Of a stretch of DNA of 20,989 nucleotides, positions 8,230-16,352 are shown in pieces. The notes beneath the pieces are model-generated. The model made no database searches and was not told the origin of the DNA. It was given only the letters and a program-made list of their open reading frames with translations. Origin of the DNA: Methanobacteriota archaeon. Its GTDB lineage: Archaea; Halobacteriota; Syntropharchaeia; Alkanophagales; Methanospirareceae. The DNA is taken from contig JAYEJE010000289.1 in NCBI GenBank assembly GCA_034660415.1, positions 1 through 20,989 on the forward strand, in the 5' to 3' direction. Positions within the stretch are counted from its first letter, which is position 1. Each line of letters opens with the position of its first letter. Position numbers and translations under genes: made by a program.

Positions 8230-9408
8230 TTAACTTAATGCTTGTTCCAGATCTGCGATTATGTCTTCCGGCTCTTCTATACCAACAGAGATCCGCACCA
8301 AATCATCGGTTATTCCCGTCTTCAACTTGATCTCTCGGGGTATATTCGCGTGTGTCATAGATGCAGGATGTTGAATTAACGTATCCACGGAACCGAGACT
8401 AACGGCTAAGATACACAGTTCAACGCGGTTCAGGAGTTTACGGCCCGCTTCTATGCCGCCCTTAATACCAAAAGAGATCATGCCACCAAAACCGCTCATC
8501 TGCTTTTTTGCGAGTTCATGTTGGGGGTGGCTTGGCAATCCAGGGTATCGAACCCACTCGATTTTGGGATGCGCCTCCAGGAACTGAGCCACTTTCATTG
8601 CATTGTTAGCGTGTTTCTCCATTCTCAAGTGTAGCGTCTTCAATCCGCGGGTACACAACCAAGCTTCATGCGGGCCCATAGTTGCGCCAGTAGTATTAAC
8701 GAAAGGCGTCATGCTTTTGATAAATTCCTTTCTACTGACAAGAACGCCACCTAACAGATCGGCGTGACCACCTATGTACTTTGTACTGCTATGAACAACA
8801 ACGTCCGCACCCAATTTCAACGCTCTCTGAAACCGAGGCGTTGCAAAGGTGTTGTCGACGACGGAAAGAGCACCGATCTCCACGGCTATCTTGCATATCT
8901 GTTTGATGTCACTGATGATCAGGGTAGGATTTGCGGGCGTCTCCAAGAAGATCATTTTGGTGTTTTTTCTCAGATTGTCCTTCAGTTTTTCGAGATCGGT
9001 GGTATCGACAAAACTGGTCTCTATGCCGAACTTGGGTAGAACAGAAGAGAACAACTCGTGAGTGGAACCGTAAGTAACCTCAGTGGAGATTAGATGATCG
9101 CCCTTTTCTAATTGTGAAAGCGCAACAGCGGTTATGGCGGCCATGCCCGATGAGAATGTTTGACCACTTTCTCCGCCTTCGAGCGCAGCGATTTTATTAA
9201 CAAAAGCGGCGTGTGTAGGTGTGTTTGGCGCTACACGCACATACGTATATCCCTCTTCTTCGCCGGCGAACCTTGCGGCTCCTTGCTCGGCATTGTCATA
9301 TACAAAGGTGGACGTCTGATATATCGGCGTTGTATGCGCTCCGTACAGTCTGTCTGTCCCTTCTCCCGCATGAACACAGAGCGTGCCAAACTTCTTCTCC
9401 TTTTTCAT
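8230..9408 (-). CDS. Cys/Met-metabolism PLP enzyme (cystathionine gamma-synthase / methionine gamma-lyase / O-acetylhomoserine sulfhydrylase family)
   Basis: TLCVHAG, TTPIYQTSTF, FSSGMAAI and HSSTKYIGGHADLLGGV (PLP lysine in S-x-T-K) match. About 390 aa. Subfamily not resolvable by eye. Confidence 0.85.
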   Translation of the reverse strand: MKKEKKFGTLCVHAGEGTDRLYGAHTTPIYQTSTFVYDNAEQGAARFAGEEEGYTYVRVAPNTPTHAAFVNKIAALEGGESGQTFSSGMAAITAVALSQLEKGDHLISTEVTYGSTHELFSSVLPKFGIETSFVDTTDLEKLKDNLRKNTKMIFLETPANPTLIISDIKQICKIAVEIGALSVVDNTFATPRFQRALKLGADVVVHSSTKYIGGHADLLGGVLVSRKEFIKSMTPFVNTTGATMGPHEAWLCTRGLKTLHLRMEKHANNAMKVAQFLEAHPKIEWVRYPGLPSHPQHELAKKQMSGFGGMISFGIKGGIEAGRKLLNRVELCILAVSLGSVDTLIQHPASMTHANIPREIKLKTGITDDLVRISVGIEEPEDIIADLEQALS

Positions 9409-9510
9409 CTCTATCGACCACCTCTCAAACTCATTGTTTCCGGATAATACATTAAAATTTTACCGGGCGTACATTTAAATTACTTTTGATATTTTTATGT
9501 ACGTTCCTTC

Positions 9511-9520
9511 TATATATAAA
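9511..9520 (+). promoter_or_regulatory. TATA-like box (TATATATAAA) upstream of acs
   Basis: An AT-rich element lies 17-38 nt upstream of the two candidate acs starts (GTG 9537, ATG 9549). Confidence 0.35.
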
Positions 9521-9536
9521 TTGAAGTTAAAAGAAG

Positions 9537-11462
9537 GTGGCATTAATTATGGAAAAAGTGAAATTTTATCTAGTAAAAGGGTATATAGACTTTCAAAAGA
9601 ATGCAACTGCAGACATAGAACGTTTCTGGGCGAAAGAAGCGACAAAACTAGAATGGTTTAAACCCTGGGAAAAAGTACTCGAATGGGAAGAGCCATTTGC
9701 AAAATGGTTCGTTGGTGGTAGGCTCAATGCATCTTACCTATGCGCAGATAGACATTTATATTCCTGGCATAAGAATAAAGTGGCTTTATATTGGGAAGAT
9801 GAAGCGGGAAATACAAAAGCTTTCAGTTATTTTCAACTCTATCGAGAAGTGAACCGGTTTGCATCCATGCTGGAGAATCTTGGCGTGAAAAAGGGTGATC
9901 GGGTAGTATTATACTTGCCTATGATTCCTGAACTCACGATCGCCATGCTCGCAACAGCAAGAATAGGTGCTATCCATACCGTTGTATTTTCAGGGTTCAG
10001 TAGCCAGGCACTGGCAGATAGAATCAATGACACATCGGCAGAGGTGTTGATATGCGCGGACGTTGGAAGAAGAAGGGGGAAATACATACCGCTTAAAACG
10101 ATCGTTGACGAGGCCATGAAGACTACTCCGACCATAGAGAATGTAGTTGTGATAAAACGGACGGAAGAAGATATAAATATGGTGGCGGGTAGAGACCACC
10201 TATACCAGGATTTAATAAAAGATGCCGATGAGTATGTAGAACCAAAGCAATTGGACTCTACCCATCCATTGTATATTCTCTACACGTCTGGAACCACGGG
10301 GAAGCCTAAAGGAGTCGTCCACTCAACAGGCGGATATTTGGCCTACATCTATGCCACCTACAAATGGGTCTTTGACATATCTGATGAGTCGGTCTATTGG
10401 TGCACGGCAGATGTAGGCTGGGTGACAGGACATACATCAATAGTTTATGCGCCTTTACTTCATGGTGCAACAGTACTCATGTATGAAGGAGCACCTGATT
10501 TTCCGAATCCTGATAGATGGTGGGAGATTATCGAGAAATATGGCGTCACAATCTTTTATACCTCTCCAACTGCAATCCGGATGTTTATGCGTTATGGAGA
10601 AGAGCGAATAAAAAAATATGATTTGAGCAGTTTAAAAATCCTCGGCTCGGTCGGTGAGGTTATCAATCCTGAAGTATGGGTATGGTATTACAAGAATATA
10701 GGGGACGAGAGATGTCCGATAGTAGATACCTGGTGGCAGACAGAGACAGGGGGGATAATGATTTCTCCCGTACCTGGTATAGAGCTCGTACCTCTTAAAC
10801 CGGGTTCTGCAACTCTGCCTTTACCTGGTATAGACGCAGAGGTAGTAGATGAGGAAGGCAATCTAGTAGACCGGGGTATAAAAGGCCATTTGGTAATACG
10901 AAAACCCTGGCCTGGTATGTTGATGGGGCTTTACAAAGACCCAAAAAGGTACAAAGAGGTCTACTGGTCTAAATTTAAAGGTATGTTTTATACCGGCGAT
11001 TATGCGATAAAGGACGAAGATGGCTACTTCTGGTTGCTTGGAAGGACAGATGAAGTGCTAAAAGTAGCCGGGCATCGATTGGGTACCGCAGAGGTAGAAG
11101 GTGCTGTTGTGGCGACACCATTTGTTGCTGAGGCTGCTGTCATTGGCACGCCAGACCCTATAAAGGGAGAGAATATCATCGTCTTTGCGATATTAAAGGA
11201 AGGATATAAACCATCAGAGAATCTGAAACAAGAAATAATCAAGGAGATTCGTAAGCAAATAGGACCTATTGCTACGCCACAGGAGATTTACTTCGTGGAA
11301 AAACTGCCCAAGACAAGGTCTGGTAAGATAATGAGACGTGTTTTAAAAACTATTATAATGGATAAGCCTATTGGAGACCTTAGCACTTTGGAGGATGAAG
11401 CTTCGGTAGATGAAGTAAAGGCAGTTTACGAAGAGTTCAAACAGATGGTGAAGGGGGTATAG
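9537..11462 (+). CDS. acs: acetyl-CoA synthetase (AMP-forming)
   Basis: FWAKEA...[93 protein letters not shown] and [14 protein letters not shown] are canonical Acs motifs. The start may instead be ATG 9549, which is preceded by GAAGGTGG. Confidence 0.9.
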   Translation: MALIMEKVKFYLVKGYIDFQKNATADIERFWAKEATKLEWFKPWEKVLEWEEPFAKWFVGGRLNASYLCADRHLYSWHKNKVALYWEDEAGNTKAFSYFQLYREVNRFASMLENLGVKKGDRVVLYLPMIPELTIAMLATARIGAIHTVVFSGFSSQALADRINDTSAEVLICADVGRRRGKYIPLKTIVDEAMKTTPTIENVVVIKRTEEDINMVAGRDHLYQDLIKDADEYVEPKQLDSTHPLYILYTSGTTGKPKGVVHSTGGYLAYIYATYKWVFDISDESVYWCTADVGWVTGHTSIVYAPLLHGATVLMYEGAPDFPNPDRWWEIIEKYGVTIFYTSPTAIRMFMRYGEERIKKYDLSSLKILGSVGEVINPEVWVWYYKNIGDERCPIVDTWWQTETGGIMISPVPGIELVPLKPGSATLPLPGIDAEVVDEEGNLVDRGIKGHLVIRKPWPGMLMGLYKDPKRYKEVYWSKFKGMFYTGDYAIKDEDGYFWLLGRTDEVLKVAGHRLGTAEVEGAVVATPFVAEAAVIGTPDPIKGENIIVFAILKEGYKPSENLKQEIIKEIRKQIGPIATPQEIYFVEKLPKTRSGKIMRRVLKTIIMDKPIGDLSTLEDEASVDEVKAVYEEFKQMVKGV

Positions 11463-11617
11463 GGGTATTTTGGTTAAAGAAAGGAGGGAACATCTAGCCA
11501 TCCCAACTCTCTTGCTATTAGTACGGCATAGATGTCCCGGAGGCTTATGAGTACTATTTCATCCGTGAAACGGACCTGCCGGACTATGTATCTGTTGGCG
11601 CGACGTCCGTTAATGGG

Positions 11618-12808
11618 GTGGTGAGAACCAGCAACGAGATCGAGTATAACCTTAATAAGCACCCATTGAAGGATCAGACGCTGACCGGCAACAAGTTCTG
11701 GGACCTACGAGAGACAGAACCACTACCGGCTCCAAAGGGGCCGGACTTAGCGATTTTATCCGCGGAGAACTGGGCGTTTGAAGATGATGGACGGGTACTG
11801 CAACTCCTCGTGAAAATCGCGAATCACGGTGACACCAGAGCCAATCAGACAAGAGTTTATGTAGGGGATCCACAGCACGACTGGCCAGGTCGAGAAAGCG
11901 TGGTTCCTACTTTCAATCCCGAAGAGACGGGAACGATAGAAATACGACTTGACATTCCAGAGGAACAGAGGGGAACGACACACGTGTTTATGCTTGAACT
12001 CGATCCCGAGGACATGATCCAAGAGATAGATGAAAGGAACAATGTGGGGTGGACGCCCGGCATATTTATCCCCCCGCTCGAAGTGTCTCCAACACCGACT
12101 GAGCCAACATCATCCCCTACTGCTACACCTGTGCTCCCGGAGCCAGATCCGGTACCGCTTATCTTGATCGTGGTTACGATTGCCTCATTAGCTTGCATAA
12201 CCCTCATCATCCGTCACCATACCATTACCCAGCACCACAAGAAATGGCAGATGGAGGCGAAGGAAGAAGAGCCACCGGAGCACTGTCAGTATTGCACCCA
12301 CCACTGCCGTAAGATCGAACTTGAACTTGAACCGGCTATGCGCAAGATTACATACCTCTACCTCGGCGCCTACGACCCTGTTCATGGCGAGCAAATCAAA
12401 GAGGGGCAGGTAACGGGAGAGATTGTTGAAGGTCTAAACAAGGTAGTCTCGGCTCGTCACAGGCGTGAGAACGCAGAGAAACTGCAGGAGCAGGTGACAC
12501 TTCTGGCCCACGCGCTGTTGCAACAAATTATAGGATCGCTGCGCGACGAACTAGCACCCCGCGACATAACCATCACCGGACATCTGGGAGGTGGCAAGGT
12601 CACCTGCCAGTTCATTCTCTATCACTGCAAACGTAGCGGCACTATGAATATTTGGGAAGAAGAGGCAAAGTGGAAAGCAACGATTGCTGACGAACGTGAT
12701 GAACCCGTGGGCACCTTGCATAGCATTGACCCTGTAGAATCAGGGATTTCAGAACGACTGACACCTGTGCTGACCCGACTGCTGATGCAGTTCATTGAGA
12801 AAGTTTGA
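11618..12808 (+). CDS. CARDB-domain single-pass membrane protein with an uncharacterised cytoplasmic domain (possibly 5'-truncated)
   Basis: - CARDB-like block, aa ~41-145 (nt ~11738..12052): PDLAILSAE...LLVKIANHGDTRANQTRVYVG...FNPEETGTIEIRLDIP...LELDPEDMIQEIDERNN.
- Pro/Thr linker: PTPTEPTSSPTATPVLPEPDP.
- TM helix, aa ~179-198 (nt ~12152..12211), followed by basic RHH..HHKK.
- An unrecognised C-terminal domain of about 195 aa.
- The only possible starts are GTG 11618/11621, with no SD-like motif and no signal peptide. Confidence 0.6.
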   Translation: MVRTSNEIEYNLNKHPLKDQTLTGNKFWDLRETEPLPAPKGPDLAILSAENWAFEDDGRVLQLLVKIANHGDTRANQTRVYVGDPQHDWPGRESVVPTFNPEETGTIEIRLDIPEEQRGTTHVFMLELDPEDMIQEIDERNNVGWTPGIFIPPLEVSPTPTEPTSSPTATPVLPEPDPVPLILIVVTIASLACITLIIRHHTITQHHKKWQMEAKEEEPPEHCQYCTHHCRKIELELEPAMRKITYLYLGAYDPVHGEQIKEGQVTGEIVEGLNKVVSARHRRENAEKLQEQVTLLAHALLQQIIGSLRDELAPRDITITGHLGGGKVTCQFILYHCKRSGTMNIWEEEAKWKATIADERDEPVGTLHSIDPVESGISERLTPVLTRLLMQFIEKV

Positions 12809-12980
12809 GCGCACGATATTCGTTAACGCAACAGCTACTTGTACTGTCCACAAGCATGTTACAGTAACTTTTATATAGCATTCCTATCAGATAAAAAAGT
12901 AAACGTAGGAGAGTTAAGCGATGCTAATATCTATGCGATATATACGGGACCTTGTGGCGATTAAAGCATATAAAAAATAG

Positions 12981-13119
12981 GGTGCTCTCGTAGAGTTAGC
13001 GAAGAAAGTGGGTGATAGGGGGATTTATCTACAGAATGTTATTCCGCTCATCCCGCAGTATAAATTCGCCCATATCACACCGCCGACATTGCCGTGCTGA
13101 TACTATCGGCTGACTGGGA
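12981..13119 (+). pseudogene. relic of a NifB-family radical SAM gene 3' end (paralogue of CDS 15379..16326)
   Basis: GALVELAKKVGDRGIYLQNVIPLIPQYKFAHITPPT aligns with IIEIAKKVGGMGVYLQNIMPLIPQYKFAHITPPT of the intact gene. After an internal deletion of about 23 codons plus a frame change, CRADTIG*LG aligns with CRADAIGRLG, with an in-frame TGA. The 5' ~245 codons are missing. Confidence 0.7.
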
Positions 13120-13169
13120 ATGCCCGAATATATTTTATTTATCTTTAGCCTTTAACCCTCATAATTACC

Positions 13170-13592
13170 TCATTCCCCTTCCACCGCTTCTTTCACTCGG
13201 TCCACTAAAATATCCACTATCCGCTCGTCCACTCCTATTGGCTTCGCGTAAGTTAGTTTCACATCACGTCCTACCTCTGCCCATTCCCCCTCGAAGGCTA
13301 TCTTCAGCGTCTCTGGGATGTCCTCCGTGGTATGTGCACCATCAGCCAAAAAAACAGGCAGAGCCACTATATTCTTCTTCCCCTCCTTAGCCAGCGTTCT
13401 TAACATGTCTTCTATACTCGGCGAGTTCAATTGCATAAATGCTACTTTCACATCTTTAAATGTCCCTCGCATCTCCATTCGCTCCCTCAGCCCCTCTAAC
13501 ACTTCTTTGTTATACGGCAATTTGCTCCCATGTCCTATCAAAACGACAGTGGTCTCTACTCCATTTCCATCTTTATCTTCCGCTTCAGCCAT
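13170..13592 (-). CDS. cbiX: small CbiX-type (CbiX-S / CfbA-like) sirohydrochlorin chelatase
   Basis: VVLIGHGSKLPYNKEV...ALPVFLADGAHTTEDIP...KPIGVDERIVDILVDR matches the class-II chelatase CbiX-S/CfbA pattern (GHGS...P.FL..G.H...DIP). I prefer ATG 13592, preceded by AAGAGGT. The ORF track starts at TTG 13697, and ATG 13637 is also possible. Confidence 0.8.
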   Translation of the reverse strand: MAEAEDKDGNGVETTVVLIGHGSKLPYNKEVLEGLRERMEMRGTFKDVKVAFMQLNSPSIEDMLRTLAKEGKKNIVALPVFLADGAHTTEDIPETLKIAFEGEWAEVGRDVKLTYAKPIGVDERIVDILVDRVKEAVEGE

Positions 13593-13712
13593 TTTCTTTA
13601 CCTCTTTTGTTCTTCTATTTATCAAACTTTCTGCCATTAAATCAATTCCGTACACATTAAATATCTTTCGATTTTTTTCGTGGCAATCTCTACACAAAAA
13701 AGTTATCGAACG

Positions 13713-13721
13713 AAAAAAAAA
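13713..13721 (-). terminator. T9 tract after the DsrE-like gene
   Basis: On the minus strand, ctctttttttttcg lies about 33 nt after the stop at 13754. A TATA-like ATATTTAA follows further downstream, ahead of cbiX. Confidence 0.35.
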
Positions 13722-13753
13722 GAGAAGGGTGGATGGTAGCAGACAGACGCTAA

Positions 13754-14206
13754 TTATAAAGCTATGATTTTGTCCGCAGTAAGTGCCGCTTCCACAGCAT
13801 CCGGAATTTTCACGGGCATTATAAAATCTTCGATATTTGTTGTGTCGTCTACTGAGGTAGCGAATTCACTAACAACGTGGAATGTCGCACACGAGCCAAT
13901 TTTCACGCCCAGAGAGTCCTTTACAAACCTCGCCATCTGTTCCAGGTCGTCTGGCAGGTCCTTGGGATTTAAATCCTCAAACTGTCCAGCAATGAGTTCC
14001 TTCACTTCCGTAGGGAACGCCAATTTCGCCAGATTCCCTTTCTTCGCTACTTCTACTCCCTGTGGTCCGTAATACACCATAACGTCAGGGATATTATGGA
14101 TTTTCTTCGCCGTAAATGCAACAACATAGCTCGCATACTGGCTGAAAGGTCTGTCCATGCCCGAATTCACAAATATGAGCAGTTTTTCTATCTCCTTTAT
14201 TTTCAT
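13754..14206 (-). CDS. DsrE/DsrF-like (COG2210-like) family protein
   Basis: The pattern LLIFVNSGMDRP...ASYVVAFTAKKI...VMVYYGPQGVEV resembles the DsrE-fold N-terminus, and a later conserved Cys (IGSCATF) is present. GGAGGT precedes the ATG. Assigned by resemblance only. Confidence 0.45.
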   Translation of the reverse strand: MKIKEIEKLLIFVNSGMDRPFSQYASYVVAFTAKKIHNIPDVMVYYGPQGVEVAKKGNLAKLAFPTEVKELIAGQFEDLNPKDLPDDLEQMARFVKDSLGVKIGSCATFHVVSEFATSVDDTTNIEDFIMPVKIPDAVEAALTADKIIAL

Positions 14207-14562
14207 TTTTTCTCTTTTTTACCTCCCTGTATTTCATAAACGCAAGGATGTATAAATAATTTTCTCTCGCTATCATCAATCCTTGAAATAATTTCGGTGT
14301 GGCGTATTATAATTCAGTGCCACCCGTTCCACGGATGTCAGGAACATGATCACATTATTGCATTTCCGCCAAGTGCAGCAACTATTAGACTCATGCACTC
14401 ACCTATTCTAAGAACACATCTATTACCTCTTCCAAATTTGCATTTCCAATCTCCATAATACCGTACCGCACCCTTGTTGCAGGTTTATTGATATTAATAA
14501 CCTGACATTACGAGTTTTATAGGCTGCCATAGCTCGTATCTATAATCGTTAAAAATATCAAA

Positions 14563-15321
14563 TTATATTAATGCCTCTTCTACTGCTTCCCTAATCAAGT
14601 AACCCGCTTTATGCAAGACGGTATCTCCAAGTTCTCTATCTCGTTCCATGCTCGCAGTGCAGGGATAGGAATGATGAGATTCGCTGATTCGGTCGTAAAG
14701 TTCTCGTTTGTTATCTACTTCTACGCCTTCTAACTGCTTTGCCACGAACCATGTACTCCCGCAAGGGGCACTTCTCAACACCTCTACATGAGTAATACGC
14801 CCTTTTCTATCCACTTCTACCCTCACTTCGGGTCTGCCAATCCCGAACTCGGCTATAAACCTTCGAATTACGGGCTTGTCGTCCTCTGGCTTTAAATGCA
14901 AATCACAAAACGGCTTGGGAAGGACAATCTCAATCTCTTCTCTGTCGCATATCTCTTCAATCTGCGGTCTTGCAATTATAGCAGCACTCTCTTGTGGTAC
15001 AATCACAGCCTTTATTCCGGAATCCTTTAAAATAGGCATGAGTTCCAGCAGAAGGTCATTGTGTATCTCCGATACAATCGCTATGTCCGCATTTGGAATA
15101 TCATTCGGTAAATAGTCACCCGCGGAATCCTCTATGAATACCGGAAGCAGAGCAGTGTCTACAAGCTTAAAAAAGCCCTCTATACTGTCTGCAAATCCGT
15201 ATTTAGCGTCTTTACAGTGCGTGCATGCATCTGCACAGGATATGCAGAATGTTGAATAGTTTATGAGGTTTCCAATGACTCGTTCACCGAACTCGCCGCT
15301 GTATATTACTATCAAGTCCAT
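14563..15321 (-). CDS. DUF166 / COG1810-like Cys-rich protein
   Basis: N-terminal IVIYSGEFGERVIGNL followed by the Cys cluster CISCADACTHC, plus later conserved Cys residues (PFCD, APCGST, SYPCTAS). About 250 aa, as I recall for the archaeal DUF166 family. Not verified. Confidence 0.5.
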   Translation of the reverse strand: MDLIVIYSGEFGERVIGNLINYSTFCISCADACTHCKDAKYGFADSIEGFFKLVDTALLPVFIEDSAGDYLPNDIPNADIAIVSEIHNDLLLELMPILKDSGIKAVIVPQESAAIIARPQIEEICDREEIEIVLPKPFCDLHLKPEDDKPVIRRFIAEFGIGRPEVRVEVDRKGRITHVEVLRSAPCGSTWFVAKQLEGVEVDNKRELYDRISESHHSYPCTASMERDRELGDTVLHKAGYLIREAVEEALI

Positions 15322-15378
15322 TTTTTTCAGCGGTCTTAGTCTTAGACGCGGATTTTGGTGGATGGTGTGCTTTTTCGT

Positions 15379-16326
15379 TTATTTTGAGAACATACACCCT
15401 TGGATATCTTTTCCCAGTCTCCCAATAGCATCTGCGCGGCACTGCCGGCAGTGTGTCATCTGCATCACATATTCTCCACATTTCTCTTGCATCTCCTTCT
15501 TCTCACGCGGTGTTGGTGGTGTGATATGTGCGAACTTATATTGTGGGATGAGGGGCATGATATTCTGCAGATAAACACCCATTCCCCCTACCTTCTTCGC
15601 TATCTCTATGATGTGCGTATCATTCACCGTGGGAATAAAAACAGTGTTCACTTTTACCACTATCTTCCTTTTTACCGCTTCTTCTATTCCTTTTAACTGA
15701 TTCCTGAGCAATATCTCAGCCGCTTCTCGCCCTATGTATCTTTTACCCTCGTAATTGACAAAAGAATAGATGTTCTTGCCGATGTCTGGGTCTACGGCGT
15801 TCAGCGTAACGGTCACGTTGCCGATTCCCAGCTCTTCAAGTTCGTCAATTCTGTCTGGCAGGAGCAACCCGTTCGTACTCATGCACCTTATGATATGTGG
15901 GAACTCAGCCTTTACGAGCCTGAATGTTTCAAACGTCTCTTCGTTGAACAGCGGCTCGCCTGGTCCTGCAATGGCAACAACTTTGATGTAATGCACCTGT
16001 TCAAGCACTTCCTTTACCCGTTCTAACGATTCCTGTGGTGTTAGCACCTTGCTCGTCACGCCTGGTCGAGACTCATTCACACAATCATATTTGCGCAGGC
16101 AGTAATTACACTGGATGTTACACTTCGGCGCTACCGCGAGATGGATTCTACCAAATAAATGGGCAGCGTTCTTACTGAAACAAGGGTGTTCCTGGACTCT
16201 CCTCAGTTGCGTGGGGTCCCATGGTATTTCCTTGCCTTCTACTTTGGCTGTGGGTAGTGTACACGCCTCTTCACTCTCTGCAAGCGGCTCTACCATTCCA
16301 GTTGTTTTTGCTATGGTTTCGCTCAT
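15379..16326 (-). CDS. nifB: NifB-family radical SAM protein (stand-alone radical-SAM-domain type)
   Basis: HPCF...AAH...GRIHLAVAPKCNIQCNYCLRKYDCVNESRPGVTSKVLTP is the NifB signature around the CX3CX2C radical SAM motif. CMSTNGLLLP and VTVTLNAVDP are also present, as is the C-terminal CX9CX2C followed by RADAIG (KCGEYVMQMTHCRQCRADAIG). There is no NifX-like C-terminal domain. GGAGAAGG precedes the ATG. Confidence 0.85.
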   Translation of the reverse strand: MSETIAKTTGMVEPLAESEEACTLPTAKVEGKEIPWDPTQLRRVQEHPCFSKNAAHLFGRIHLAVAPKCNIQCNYCLRKYDCVNESRPGVTSKVLTPQESLERVKEVLEQVHYIKVVAIAGPGEPLFNEETFETFRLVKAEFPHIIRCMSTNGLLLPDRIDELEELGIGNVTVTLNAVDPDIGKNIYSFVNYEGKRYIGREAAEILLRNQLKGIEEAVKRKIVVKVNTVFIPTVNDTHIIEIAKKVGGMGVYLQNIMPLIPQYKFAHITPPTPREKKEMQEKCGEYVMQMTHCRQCRADAIGRLGKDIQGCMFSK

Positions 16327-16352
16327 GTTTTTCCTTCTCCAGAAATCTGTGA

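Noticed and set aside
11474-11662. A 62-aa minus-strand ORF between acs and the CARDB gene.
   Set aside because: It overlaps the open upstream frame and start of the CARDB gene and has no motifs. It is probably spurious.
14314-14345. A possible hairpin, gtggc...gccac, in the 14207..14562 gap.
   Set aside because: It has only a 5-bp stem with a long AT-rich loop, which is not distinguishable from chance.
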